Shown here: piece by piece, positions 53,611-62,291 of the stretch | Position numbering within the stretch: the stretch's first letter is position 1 | Layout of the letters: each line of letters opens with the position of its first letter | DNA from: a virus | Lineage: Duplodnaviria; Caudoviricetes | DNA: 64,000 nucleotides | IMG/VR virus record: IMGVR_UViG_3300031996_000001 | Location: 18,692-82,691 of that record | Direction: 5' to 3' (one strand) | Program-made: the position numbers and the translations under genes | Notes under the pieces: model-generated | The model's database searches: none | What the model saw: the letters and a program-made list of their open reading frames with translations, nothing else | Told to the model about the DNA's origin: nothing

Positions 53611-55257
53611 TCAGACGTTGGTCGCGGAAGCGACCAGGTCACCGGCGGCCCGACCGTTCGGGACGAGGGCGGAGGTGATCCACAGGGACTCCCCGCCGAT
53701 CCGCGTCGCCGACTCGAAGGTCTCGGAGAACGTCTGGTAGTCGTTGCTCCGGACCAGCTGGGAGTCGCGGACGATGCCCAGGTCGAGCTGGCCGCCGTCG
53801 AGGAACAGCCAGCTGCCCTCGATCATCAGCGCCCACTCCAGCGTCGTGGGGAACGCCGGGATGGTGCCCGAGTTGTCGGTCGCCATCGCCGCGTAGAAGC
53901 CACCGCCGTTGGTGCCGGGGGCGGGGCTGTCCATCGTCCAGGTGACGTTGATGTGCCGGTCGTCGAAGAACGACTGGATCTCGTCCAGGGACATGCCGAA
54001 GTTCTCGGCCATGTCGGCCGTGGAGGCCTTCTGGAAGGTGACGTCCGAGTTGATCGCGGAGATCATCCAGACCGGGAAGATGGCCCGCAGCGGGGTCGTC
54101 GGCGCGAGGCGGTGACGGTCCCGGTAGTAGGCACCGGCGCGGTCGACGGTGTTGAGCAGGCCGCGCAGGAAGCTGATCCCGGTGGGGATCACGCCGCCGG
54201 TGACCTTGTTCGAGCCCGCCTTGATCTGCGAGAGCAGAGCGGACTCAGCGAGACGCGCCTGGGCCACCAGGGCCAGGTTGTTGTTCGCCGTCACCAGCTC
54301 GGGGAAGACGCGGGACTGCATCACGCCGAAGGTGAGGCAGAGCGTCACGGCCTGGACGAGAGCGTCCTGCTCCGGGGGGCAGGAGACGCGCGCGCAGACC
54401 TTCCAGGTGGAGCTGTCGGTCGCGGAGACCGCAGCGTCGTCGGCGCAGGTCCAGAAGCCCACGGCCGCACCCACGGCGTCGAGGGTCGGGCCCTCGAAGT
54501 AGCGGATGCCGCCACGGTCGGCGCCGAAGCCCGCGAGGCTGGCCTTGATCGGGCGGTCGGTGTCGCCGATCTGGAACAGGTCGTAGCGGGTGGTCAGCGG
54601 GGCGCAGCAGCCACCGGCGGCCGTGAGGGCGTCGATGTTGGTGAGCGCCTGGATCTTCTCGGCGTTGCCGATCGGGTCCCCGTACTTCAGGAAGCGGTCC
54701 TCGGGGATGTCCGAGCGGATCGAGGCCACGAGGACCTGCTCGCCGTCACCGCCGACCTTGTTCAGCTGCTCGATGCGGCGGGCCATCGCCTGCGACACCT
54801 GCGAGAGGCTGTCGAAGGTCTGACCGGGCGTCATCCCCTGCAGGTTGGCGCCAGCCACGACGGTCGAGGTGGACTGGGCGAGGACCGGCTGCCGGTCCTC
54901 CGGGACCTCGGGCTCGGTCACGACGGTCGAAGCGGTCACGGCAGGGTTCTCCTGGTCGGCGGTCTGGTCCTCGGACGCGGGCGCGGCCGGGGTCTCGGGG
55001 GCGGTCTCGGCAGAGGCGGCCACGGGGGCAGCGGTCGGGTCGGCGACGGGCTCGGCGGACGGGGCGTTCGATCGCTTGGCGATCTCCTCCCGGACCTGGT
55101 CGAGCGCGTCGGCGATGGCGGACGACGAGGCGTCGTCGCCGCCCTGGTCGGCCTGGTCGAAGGCGTCCACCAGCTGCTGCTCCAGCGCCTGGATGTCGTC
55201 GTCGCTCAGGTCAGCCAGGTCCGCCAGCTGCTGCTGGAAGTTGGCGAGGGGGTCCAT
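53611..55257 (-). CDS. Major capsid (hexamer) protein with N-terminal scaffold-like domain
   Basis: Acidic coiled-coil N-terminus; LTAAGGCCAP..YD; RGGIRY; FLFLDGGQLDLGIVRDS..NDY..F.E.FE. Confidence 0.88.
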   Translation of the reverse strand: MDPLANFQQQLADLADLSDDDIQALEQQLVDAFDQADQGGDDASSSAIADALDQVREEIAKRSNAPSAEPVADPTAAPVAASAETAPETPAAPASEDQTADQENPAVTASTVVTEPEVPEDRQPVLAQSTSTVVAGANLQGMTPGQTFDSLSQVSQAMARRIEQLNKVGGDGEQVLVASIRSDIPEDRFLKYGDPIGNAEKIQALTNIDALTAAGGCCAPLTTRYDLFQIGDTDRPIKASLAGFGADRGGIRYFEGPTLDAVGAAVGFWTCADDAAVSATDSSTWKVCARVSCPPEQDALVQAVTLCLTFGVMQSRVFPELVTANNNLALVAQARLAESALLSQIKAGSNKVTGGVIPTGISFLRGLLNTVDRAGAYYRDRHRLAPTTPLRAIFPVWMISAINSDVTFQKASTADMAENFGMSLDEIQSFFDDRHINVTWTMDSPAPGTNGGGFYAAMATDNSGTIPAFPTTLEWALMIEGSWLFLDGGQLDLGIVRDSQLVRSNDYQTFSETFESATRIGGESLWITSALVPNGRAAGDLVASATNV

Positions 55258-55399
55258 GAAGGGGGTCCTCCGGTAGATGGGGTCATCACGCGCACATCAC
55301 CGGAGGGCCAACCGACGGGAGCAGTCACCGTCAGTCGTCGCTCAGTGGCTGAAAGCTACACGAGGCCGTTGGTCCACCCGTCCCGCTTCCGGGGGAACG

Positions 55400-55437
55400 A
55401 GTTGACAGAGTTGACATGACCTGTAATACTTCTTGCA
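55400..55437 (+). promoter_or_regulatory. SigA-like leaderless promoter with tandem TTGACA
   Basis: TTGACA 55402-07, second 55411-16, AATACT 55425-30, 6 nt, ATG 55437. Confidence 0.8.
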
Positions 55438-55694
55438 TGACAGACGACCGGGAGCCGGTGGAGTTCGAGACGCACGGGACGCAGTTCGGCCCGTTCTTCT
55501 CCAGCACCACGCGCGAGGTCACGGCGGACGACCGCCGCTACCGCGAGCGCCGCAACGCCTGGATCTGGGTCGCCGTCGCCGTCATCCTCTTGATCACCGG
55601 GAACTGGCTCATGGCCATCCCGGCGGCCATCTGGGGCGGACTGTCAGTGGCCAGTGCTATGACGCAGACACCCACGAAGGAGACCGACCGATGA
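55437..55694 (+). CDS. Small membrane protein
   Basis: Two TM segments; leaderless start. Confidence 0.7.
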   Translation: MTDDREPVEFETHGTQFGPFFSSTTREVTADDRRYRERRNAWIWVAVAVILLITGNWLMAIPAAIWGGLSVASAMTQTPTKETDR

Positions 55695-56068
55695 CTCAGC
55701 CCGACCAGCTCTCGCTCCGCAAGCTCCGCCACTCGATCCGGAAGCGCGCCTACGTGGTCATGCGCCTCACGGCCGGGATGCCGGGCCTCACGAAGGACCA
55801 GCAGATCACGGTCCTCGACCAGCAGATCATCATGCTGAAGGAGGCCTTGGAGAAGGCCCAGCAGGCCCGCGACATCGTGTTCCTGCGGGACTTCGACGCC
55901 CACCAGGAGGCGAAGGCCCAGCAGGCCCAGCAGACCTCGGCGGTCACGCTGGAGTTCGACCAGCTCACCCAGGGCCTGACCTGGGACGAGGCGTCCGGCA
56001 AGTTCGTGGACGACGAGGAGGCCGAGCCGCAGGCCGAGAAGGCCGAGGGCGACAAGCCCCCGTTCTGA
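55691..56068 (+). CDS. Coiled-coil hypothetical protein
   Basis: ATGA overlap, AAGGAG RBS. Confidence 0.7.
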   Translation: MTQPDQLSLRKLRHSIRKRAYVVMRLTAGMPGLTKDQQITVLDQQIIMLKEALEKAQQARDIVFLRDFDAHQEAKAQQAQQTSAVTLEFDQLTQGLTWDEASGKFVDDEEAEPQAEKAEGDKPPF

Positions 56069-56077
56069 CCCCGCACA

Positions 56078-56116
56078 GACGAAAGGCCCGGTCCCCCAGG
56101 GGACCGGGCCTTCGTC
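56078..56116. terminator. Bidirectional terminator
   Basis: GACGAAAGGCCCGGTCCCC-ca-GGGGACCGGGCCTTCGTC between convergent genes. Confidence 0.75.
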
Positions 56117-56126
56117 GTGTCAACCG

Positions 56127-56387
56127 CTACTTCATCGCTCCGGCGGCGGCCTCAGCGAGCGCGGCGTACTGCTCGTCGTTGATCTTGCCCCGGGCGTAGT
56201 ACCCGGCGACCTCGCTGAACGATCCCTCGGGGTCGGGCTCCGGGTCCATGTCCTCGGCCTGGAACGGGTCGCTGGTCGGCTGCGGGTCCGGCTGCGGCCA
56301 CTGGCGGCTGCCGAAGTCGCTGACCACGGCATCCAGGTCGACCTGTCCGGCGGCCAGCTGGTCCAGCTGGTCGGTCACGTCGCTCAC
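56127..56387 (-). CDS. Small acidic partner of Zeta-like kinase (putative antitoxin/immunity)
   Basis: GTGA overlap with kinase gene; similar to 61893-62291. Confidence 0.7.
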   Translation of the reverse strand: MSDVTDQLDQLAAGQVDLDAVVSDFGSRQWPQPDPQPTSDPFQAEDMDPEPDPEGSFSEVAGYYARGKINDEQYAALAEAAAGAMK

Positions 56388-58978
56388 GGCGTCACCCCCT
56401 GCTTCTGCCTGTCGGCGTCGGTGAGCCCCTTCTCCGCCTCAGCCGTCAGCGCGGGCAGGTCGGGGGACGTCTTCGAGTATACAAGTCGGGGATCACGTTT
56501 ATCAACACTGTTATCCCAGACCTGCCAGTTGTCGAACTGGTCGCGCAGCGCCTCGAAGTTCTTGCGGTTGGCCGAGGAGAACGACGTGGAGGCGTTCTTC
56601 CGGATCACCGACGGCGGGACGTACCGGCCGCCCGCGCCCTTGCCGTTGCGGTAGGCCTCCATGCCGCGCTGGTAGCGCGACATCGCCCGGGTGACCGAGC
56701 CCTCCACCGGGATGTCCACGAAGATGGCGTCCAGGTTGGTGTAGCCGTTCTTCTTCATCTCGGCGATGCGCTTGGCCACCGACCCCTCGGAGGCCATCGT
56801 GATGTCCCAGGTGACGTTCTTCTTGTCGGCGTAGGCCAGCTGGGCCAGCAGGTTGGCGATGTGGCTGGACTCCTCGTGGATCAGGGCGACCTTCTCCATC
56901 GGGGACAGCTTCACCTCCCCCGGGATCTCGGGGATCATGCCGCGCTCGGCCAGGATCTCCTTGATGTCGTCGGGGTTGATCGTCAGGAACTGGGACTGGT
57001 CGATGCCGGTCTTCGGGTTGCCCAGCGTGGTCGTCTTGCCCGCGCCGCCCAGCCCGCCGGAGAACAGGCCCTTGCCCTCGTTCGGGACGTGCGCGGCCTT
57101 CGCGTAGAGGTCCTGGACGATCTCGTTGTGCAGCTTGGCCCGCTCGGGCGCCCAGACCTGGCCCTTGCCGTCCAGACTGAACTGCGCGTCGGTTGACAGG
57201 CCCGCCTTGACGGCCGCGTCGACCTGGGACTCCACCGCCTCGACGTGCTTCTTCAGCTCCTCGTCGGTCAGCGGCGGCACCGGCTGGTGCGGTCCGGCCA
57301 TCGGCACCTGCGCTCCGTGCGGCACGGCCACCGTGTGCTGCTGACCGGACTGGGTGTCGGTGGCCGTCACGGTGTGCCCGGTGGCGTTCTTGGCGACGCC
57401 GTCGACCTTCAGGGTCTTCTTGGACCCGTCCTTGCCGTAGGCGTGCATCAGGTCGCCCTGGGCCAGCTGGTGACCCTCCTTGGGCAGGAAGTCCGGCCCG
57501 CCCGCCTCGTAGTTCGGGTTCCAGCCCGCCGGGGGTTCAGCGGGCTTGGCCGGGGCCGCCGGTGCCTTGGGCGCCTCGGGCGCTGCGGGCTTGGGAGCCG
57601 CGCCGTGCCCGTGCGGGAGCGGGCCCTCGTGCACCTTCACCGGCGGGTTGCCGGGCAGGTCCTTGGTGCCCGTCTTGCCGTCGGGACCGGTTGACATGAC
57701 CGAGGTGTGCGTGCCGCCGGTGTGCTCGGGCTTCAGGACGCTGCGGGTGACGTGCACGCCGGAGCCGTCCGGGTGGTGGAAGGCCTCCCCCGGCTTCAGC
57801 TCGCTGGCCTTCTTCTCCTTGCCCAGCAGCCCGGCGGTGTGGTCCACCAGGCCCTTGGTGGCGTGGTCCAGCCCCTTGACCGCGTCGCCGTGCCCACCGC
57901 TGGCCAGCTTCTGGACGCTCTTGCCCTCGACCTCCTTGACCTTGCCGGAGGCCTCGCGGACCTTGACGGTCCCCTTCTTGTCGCCCATCCCCTCGACCTT
58001 GCCGGTCACCCCGCCGCCGTGGACGATGTCGCCCACCTCGATGAAGCGCCCGTGCGCGTCGCGCGGGTGGCGCAGCTTGTTCCAGACGCCCGCCGTCAGG
58101 CCGGAGGCGGCCATGCCGGGGTTGGACTGCGCCTCCTGCATCGTCTGGGGCGTGACCGGGGTGAGCTTCTTCTTCCCGGCCGGGGTGGTCCCCATCAGCT
58201 GCTGCCACTGCGCGTTGAGCTTGGCGGCCGACTCGGTCCCGTTGATCAGGGACTCCGCTGCCGCCTCGCGGGCCGCCTCGATCTGCGCGGCGTGCGCCTG
58301 AGCCGTGGCCTGGGCAGCGGCCTGGGCCTGCTGCGCCTTGACCTGGGCAGCCTGCTGAGCGGCGGCCTTGTCGGCCGTCGTCTTCGCCTTGGCCGCCGCC
58401 GCCGCGTCCTTGGCGAGCTTGGCCTGCTGCGCCTTGGCCGCCGCGTCGGCCGCCTTCTGGGTCTTGGTCTGCGCGGCCACGACCTTGTTGTGCGCGGTGA
58501 CCGTGGGGTCGGCCTTCGGGTTGGGGCTGACCACGACGGGGCCGCCGTCGTAGCCGTACTTGTGCGGGTCGATCCCGCGCGCCGCCAGCTCCTGGACCAG
58601 GACGTCCTGGGCCGCCTGGTTGCGGGCGTTGTCCGTCTTCACCGAGAACACCGCGTCGGCCGCCTTGGTCAGGTCGGCGTTGCTCATGTTGTGGGCGTTG
58701 CGGGACATGTCGGACTTCTTGTCCGAGCCCATGAACGTGTCGTAGCTGGCCTGGGCCCCGGCCTGCTGAGCCTTGCCGTGTCCCAGGGGTGCACCGATCG
58801 GCAGGTGGTAGCGCGCCGAACCGGCCGGGGTGGCGACGTGCCGACCCCCGCCGTGAGCCTTCTTCTTGCCGCTACCGCCGGAGGCGAAGTCCGCCGCCGT
58901 GCGACCGTTCGAGGTGCGCAGCGCGTCCTGCGCGGCGACCAGCGCCCCGGCAGCCACCCCGGCGGTGGCCGAAGCCAC
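56384..58978 (-). CDS. Head-module multidomain protein with C-terminal Zeta-toxin-like P-loop kinase
   Basis: HVATPAG..YHLPIG; Ala/Lys coiled coil; HPRDAHGRF; SH3/KOW-like repeats; SGGLGGAGKTT, INPDDIKE, IHEESS, WDIT. Confidence 0.85.
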   Translation of the reverse strand: MASATAGVAAGALVAAQDALRTSNGRTAADFASGGSGKKKAHGGGRHVATPAGSARYHLPIGAPLGHGKAQQAGAQASYDTFMGSDKKSDMSRNAHNMSNADLTKAADAVFSVKTDNARNQAAQDVLVQELAARGIDPHKYGYDGGPVVVSPNPKADPTVTAHNKVVAAQTKTQKAADAAAKAQQAKLAKDAAAAAKAKTTADKAAAQQAAQVKAQQAQAAAQATAQAHAAQIEAAREAAAESLINGTESAAKLNAQWQQLMGTTPAGKKKLTPVTPQTMQEAQSNPGMAASGLTAGVWNKLRHPRDAHGRFIEVGDIVHGGGVTGKVEGMGDKKGTVKVREASGKVKEVEGKSVQKLASGGHGDAVKGLDHATKGLVDHTAGLLGKEKKASELKPGEAFHHPDGSGVHVTRSVLKPEHTGGTHTSVMSTGPDGKTGTKDLPGNPPVKVHEGPLPHGHGAAPKPAAPEAPKAPAAPAKPAEPPAGWNPNYEAGGPDFLPKEGHQLAQGDLMHAYGKDGSKKTLKVDGVAKNATGHTVTATDTQSGQQHTVAVPHGAQVPMAGPHQPVPPLTDEELKKHVEAVESQVDAAVKAGLSTDAQFSLDGKGQVWAPERAKLHNEIVQDLYAKAAHVPNEGKGLFSGGLGGAGKTTTLGNPKTGIDQSQFLTINPDDIKEILAERGMIPEIPGEVKLSPMEKVALIHEESSHIANLLAQLAYADKKNVTWDITMASEGSVAKRIAEMKKNGYTNLDAIFVDIPVEGSVTRAMSRYQRGMEAYRNGKGAGGRYVPPSVIRKNASTSFSSANRKNFEALRDQFDNWQVWDNSVDKRDPRLVYSKTSPDLPALTAEAEKGLTDADRQKQGVTP
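56476..56505 (-). promoter_or_regulatory. Internal SigA-like promoter in 3' end of kinase gene
   Basis: TTGATA(56505-00)-18nt-TATACT(56481-76), encoded by a run of rare codons. Confidence 0.7.
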
Positions 58979-58995
58979 CGCCGGAGCGCCGGGGC

Positions 58996-61890
58996 TCAGA
59001 CGTTTCCCAGGCCTGCCGGGACACCCGGGGCCGCCGGAGCAGCCGGAGCAGCCGGAGCAGCCTTGGGCGCCGCGTCCTTCTTCTTCGGCTTCTTGACCTT
59101 GCCCGCCGCGAGGTCGTCGGCGAACGCCTTGGCGTCGCCCGCGTAGTCCCCGTGCAGCGACTGGACGGCCTCGTCGTGCTTCAGGTCGCCGATCGGCATC
59201 TTCCCGGCCAGCATCGCGTTGATGGCCTCCGGCGCGAGGCCGGGCAGCGGGGCGGCGTACTCGGTGTCGGGGTCGGTGTCGTCACCGGCGCCCGGGTCCG
59301 CGCCGCCGTCGGTGTCGGCGTCCTCGACGCTGGCAGAGCCGGAGTCGGCGGCACCGTCGGAGACCGGGGTGACCTCCTTCTTCTTGGCGAACGGCGGGGC
59401 ACCGTCGGCCGCGACCGGGACCTTGCCGTGCACCCGCTCGCGCAGCGCGAGGCGACGCGACTCCATGTCGGCCTTGCGCGCCGCCACGGCCTCGCGGGCC
59501 CGGCGGACGGCGTCGGAGACCTGCGGCTCCTCCGCCACAGCCGCCGGGGGCTCCTCGCCCGTGTCAACCGGCTCGCCCTCGGCGACCGGCTCCAGGGTCA
59601 GGGCCTCCTCGATCTCGCCCTCCAGCTCGGGGCTGACGACTACCGCCGGAACGCCCTCGCCGGGCGCACCGTCGGCCTCGATCGCCATGTCCGGCTCGCC
59701 GACCAGGGACTCCTGGTTCTGGCCGTAGACGAAGTTCTCCAGCTCGGCGATCCGGGCCGCCAGCTCGGCGTCGGCCAGCAGCGCGAGCTTGCGGGCGGCC
59801 AGCGGGCGGGCGCCAGCGGCGACCAGCGCGGTGATCGCACCGGAGGCCACGCGAGCGCGGGCGACCGGGAAGCCGGGCACGTTGACCTGGCAGCAGGCGA
59901 CCAGCTCCAGGTGGCCGTTGATCGGCCGCCAGTCACCGGACGGGGCCGAGGCGCGCAGCGTGCGCAGCTGCTGCGGGGTCACCTCGGGACGGGTCGCACC
60001 GGCCACCCAGATGCCGTAGCGGTCCTCGCCGATGTTGAGGTCGCAGACGCTGGAGGCGGTGTTGTCGTAGTGCGCCACGGCCGCGCTGGCGTCGGCGTTG
60101 AGCGGCGCGTGCCCACCGGAGAGGGTCAGCTGGCCGACGTTGATCTTCGCGCCGGAGGCGGTGACCAGCTGGCCGGTCTTGAAGTAGGCGTAGTCCGACC
60201 GCGACTTCGGGGCGTGCACGCGGCCGGGCAGGCCGATGTGCGCGACGTCGAAGGTGGCGATGTGGCCGTAGACCCGGCCGTCGTCTTCCACGGTGAGCGG
60301 CGTGGGGCCGTCCAGCTGCGGGTTGGCGAACCACTCGTCGGGCGGGTTGACCGGGAAGCCCCCGGCGGTGAGGGTGCGGAGCAGGGTCACGTTCTCCCCT
60401 GCCTCGGCGTAGACGCCGTCCTTCAGGGTCATGCCCTTGTCTCCACTTCCGTCCGGTCCCAGCCAGGACCCGGTTGACACAGAGGCCACGAGTGCGGCCT
60501 CCAGGGACAGAGCCGGTCGGGGAGCCCCGGCGGCCGTGACGTGCGACCGGTGGCCGTTGCCACCGGGGTTCTTGGCGTTGCCGGTCCAGATGCCGGTCGC
60601 GCGCTTGTGGAGGTTCTGGCAGTAGCCCTTGGCCCGCGTCCCCATGAACTTGGAGAGGTGCCGGTAGCAGCGCTTCCAGTCCCCCGGAGTGCCCCAGCGG
60701 ACCTTGACGCCGCCCTTGCCGGAGGTCCAGTAGCGGCGCAGCTTCTCAGCGCGCGGGTCCGGGCTGACGGTCAGCGGGACCTTGTCCCCGGCGACCAGCG
60801 CGCCGGGCGCTGCGGCGGCGATCGGCCGGATGGCGTCGATGTTCGAGGGGTCCACCGAGCCGTCGGGCGTGCAGCTCGCGGCGGCGGCCTTGGCCTGGTC
60901 CAGGTGGCTGTCGCAGGCCGGGACGTAGGCCATGCCCTCGGAGTGGATGACCCGCTGGGTGGCCTGGTCCTTGCAGAACTCGCACTTCTGCTTCTTGGGC
61001 AGACCGGCGGCGGCCACGGCCTGGCCGCTGCTGTCGATCTGCGACATCACGTTGGTCAGCTGGCTCTCGTCCAGCTCGACCAGCGGCGGCGGGTTGACAC
61101 CCTGCAGCCGGGAGAGCAGGTCGGGGTTCTCCACCCACTTGCCCTGGTCGTAGTCGGCCAGCTCGGGGCCCGGGGCCAGCCGGATCAGGTTGAGCACCGC
61201 GCCGGGGTCCAGGTCGTCCACGACGGCGTACTCGGTCCAGCCGTCGCTCGGACCGGCCGTCACCTTCGCCTCGGACTGCGCCTTGTCGACGTTCTTGGCG
61301 TCCTTGGCCGCAGAGGCCCCGTCCGTGCCCTCAGCGGGCGCTGCAGCCGCCGTGAAGGCCTCCAGGGCCTCCTGGGCCACGGTCATGGTCTGCGGCGGCA
61401 GGAAGGCCTTGGGCCAGTAGAAGCGCCGCACCAGGCCGGTGGCCCCAGCGGTCAGCGCCTCGGCCAGGTCCCCGGCCAGCTCCTCGTCCAGGATCTCCAG
61501 CCGCTGGTCCCAGACCGGCGTGTAGGGCGCCCACGCGCCCGCGACCAGCTGCTCGTAGCCGCCCTCGCCCTCGCGGCGCAGCAGGCCGGTGAGCAGGTCG
61601 GGGTCGTTGGCGTCGGTGAGGCCGTAGAAGCCCAGGTCCACGCAGTCGGGGCAGTCGACCTTGTCGCGGTAGCGCTCGACGGCGGAGGCGACGATGGCGT
61701 CGATGGTCTTCTCGGCCCAGGCCGCTGCGCCTGGCATCGCCGAGGCGCGCAGCTCGAACAGGTCCCAGGCGCGGATGGTGCCGGTTGACACGCGCTGGGC
61801 GAGGGAGCCCTCAGAGGAACGGGCCGCTTCGCGGAGCGTCCGAGTCGGCAGATGCTGGCGATCGAACCCAGCCATCAGCAGAGGCGGCAC
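58996..61890 (-). CDS. Capsid maturation protease fusion protein
   Basis: RRYW..WGTPGDWKRC..GYCQNLH domain; PPDEWF.P.L.GPTPLTV..GRVYGH.A; LSGDWR-like PSGDWR..LELV..VNVPGFP; start GTG 61890 with AGGAGG RBS. Confidence 0.8.
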   Translation of the reverse strand: MPPLLMAGFDRQHLPTRTLREAARSSEGSLAQRVSTGTIRAWDLFELRASAMPGAAAWAEKTIDAIVASAVERYRDKVDCPDCVDLGFYGLTDANDPDLLTGLLRREGEGGYEQLVAGAWAPYTPVWDQRLEILDEELAGDLAEALTAGATGLVRRFYWPKAFLPPQTMTVAQEALEAFTAAAAPAEGTDGASAAKDAKNVDKAQSEAKVTAGPSDGWTEYAVVDDLDPGAVLNLIRLAPGPELADYDQGKWVENPDLLSRLQGVNPPPLVELDESQLTNVMSQIDSSGQAVAAAGLPKKQKCEFCKDQATQRVIHSEGMAYVPACDSHLDQAKAAAASCTPDGSVDPSNIDAIRPIAAAAPGALVAGDKVPLTVSPDPRAEKLRRYWTSGKGGVKVRWGTPGDWKRCYRHLSKFMGTRAKGYCQNLHKRATGIWTGNAKNPGGNGHRSHVTAAGAPRPALSLEAALVASVSTGSWLGPDGSGDKGMTLKDGVYAEAGENVTLLRTLTAGGFPVNPPDEWFANPQLDGPTPLTVEDDGRVYGHIATFDVAHIGLPGRVHAPKSRSDYAYFKTGQLVTASGAKINVGQLTLSGGHAPLNADASAAVAHYDNTASSVCDLNIGEDRYGIWVAGATRPEVTPQQLRTLRASAPSGDWRPINGHLELVACCQVNVPGFPVARARVASGAITALVAAGARPLAARKLALLADAELAARIAELENFVYGQNQESLVGEPDMAIEADGAPGEGVPAVVVSPELEGEIEEALTLEPVAEGEPVDTGEEPPAAVAEEPQVSDAVRRAREAVAARKADMESRRLALRERVHGKVPVAADGAPPFAKKKEVTPVSDGAADSGSASVEDADTDGGADPGAGDDTDPDTEYAAPLPGLAPEAINAMLAGKMPIGDLKHDEAVQSLHGDYAGDAKAFADDLAAGKVKKPKKKDAAPKAAPAAPAAPAAPGVPAGLGNV

Positions 61891-61892
61891 CC

Positions 61893-62291
61893 TCAGCCCT
61901 CCTGAGTCGTCACCTGCCGATCTGGTGCCACGAAGCGAGCCAGACCCTGCAGTTCCTTCACCTGGTCGCGTGTCAGCACTCTCTGCCACTGCGCCGCACT
62001 CACAGTATCGGTGAAGGAATCTGGGACCGGGACGTAATCCCAGCGATCAGCCAGCTCGTCCAGGCTGCTCGCGGAGGGCCGGATGGCGAACTGCGCGCCC
62101 TGCACGGCGGTCTTCAGGGCGTCGAAGCTGCCGGTCCCCTGGCGCAGCGCCTCGATGGCGTCGCGGACCGGCTGGACGTTCACGCCCTGGGGCTGCGGCG
62201 GACGGAAGCTCTCGGTCTCCGGCGCGACGCCCTGCTCCTCGTCGGTGCCGTAGTAGTCCTCCGCCGTCCGGGCGTCGCGGACCGGCTTCAC
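61893..62291 (-). CDS. Small acidic partner of Zeta-like kinase (putative antitoxin/immunity)
   Basis: ATGTGA overlap with kinase gene; similar to 56127-56387. Confidence 0.7.
   Translation of the reverse strand: MKPVRDARTAEDYYGTDEEQGVAPETESFRPPQPQGVNVQPVRDAIEALRQGTGSFDALKTAVQGAQFAIRPSASSLDELADRWDYVPVPDSFTDTVSAAQWQRVLTRDQVKELQGLARFVAPDRQVTTQEG

Noticed and set aside
41611-55357. GCTGAAAGCT upstream of both the wHTH gene (41611) and the capsid gene (55348) as a late-promoter element
   Set aside because: Only two copies, at different distances from the candidate -10 boxes; chance cannot be excluded
59033-59062. GCCGGAGCA triple tandem repeat
   Set aside because: Encodes a Pro-Ala-Ala low-complexity tail of the protease fusion
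61891-61989. Protease start at 61989 as given in the ORF track
   Set aside because: It overlaps the partner gene by about 96 nt; GTG 61890 has an AGGAGG RBS and directly follows the stop
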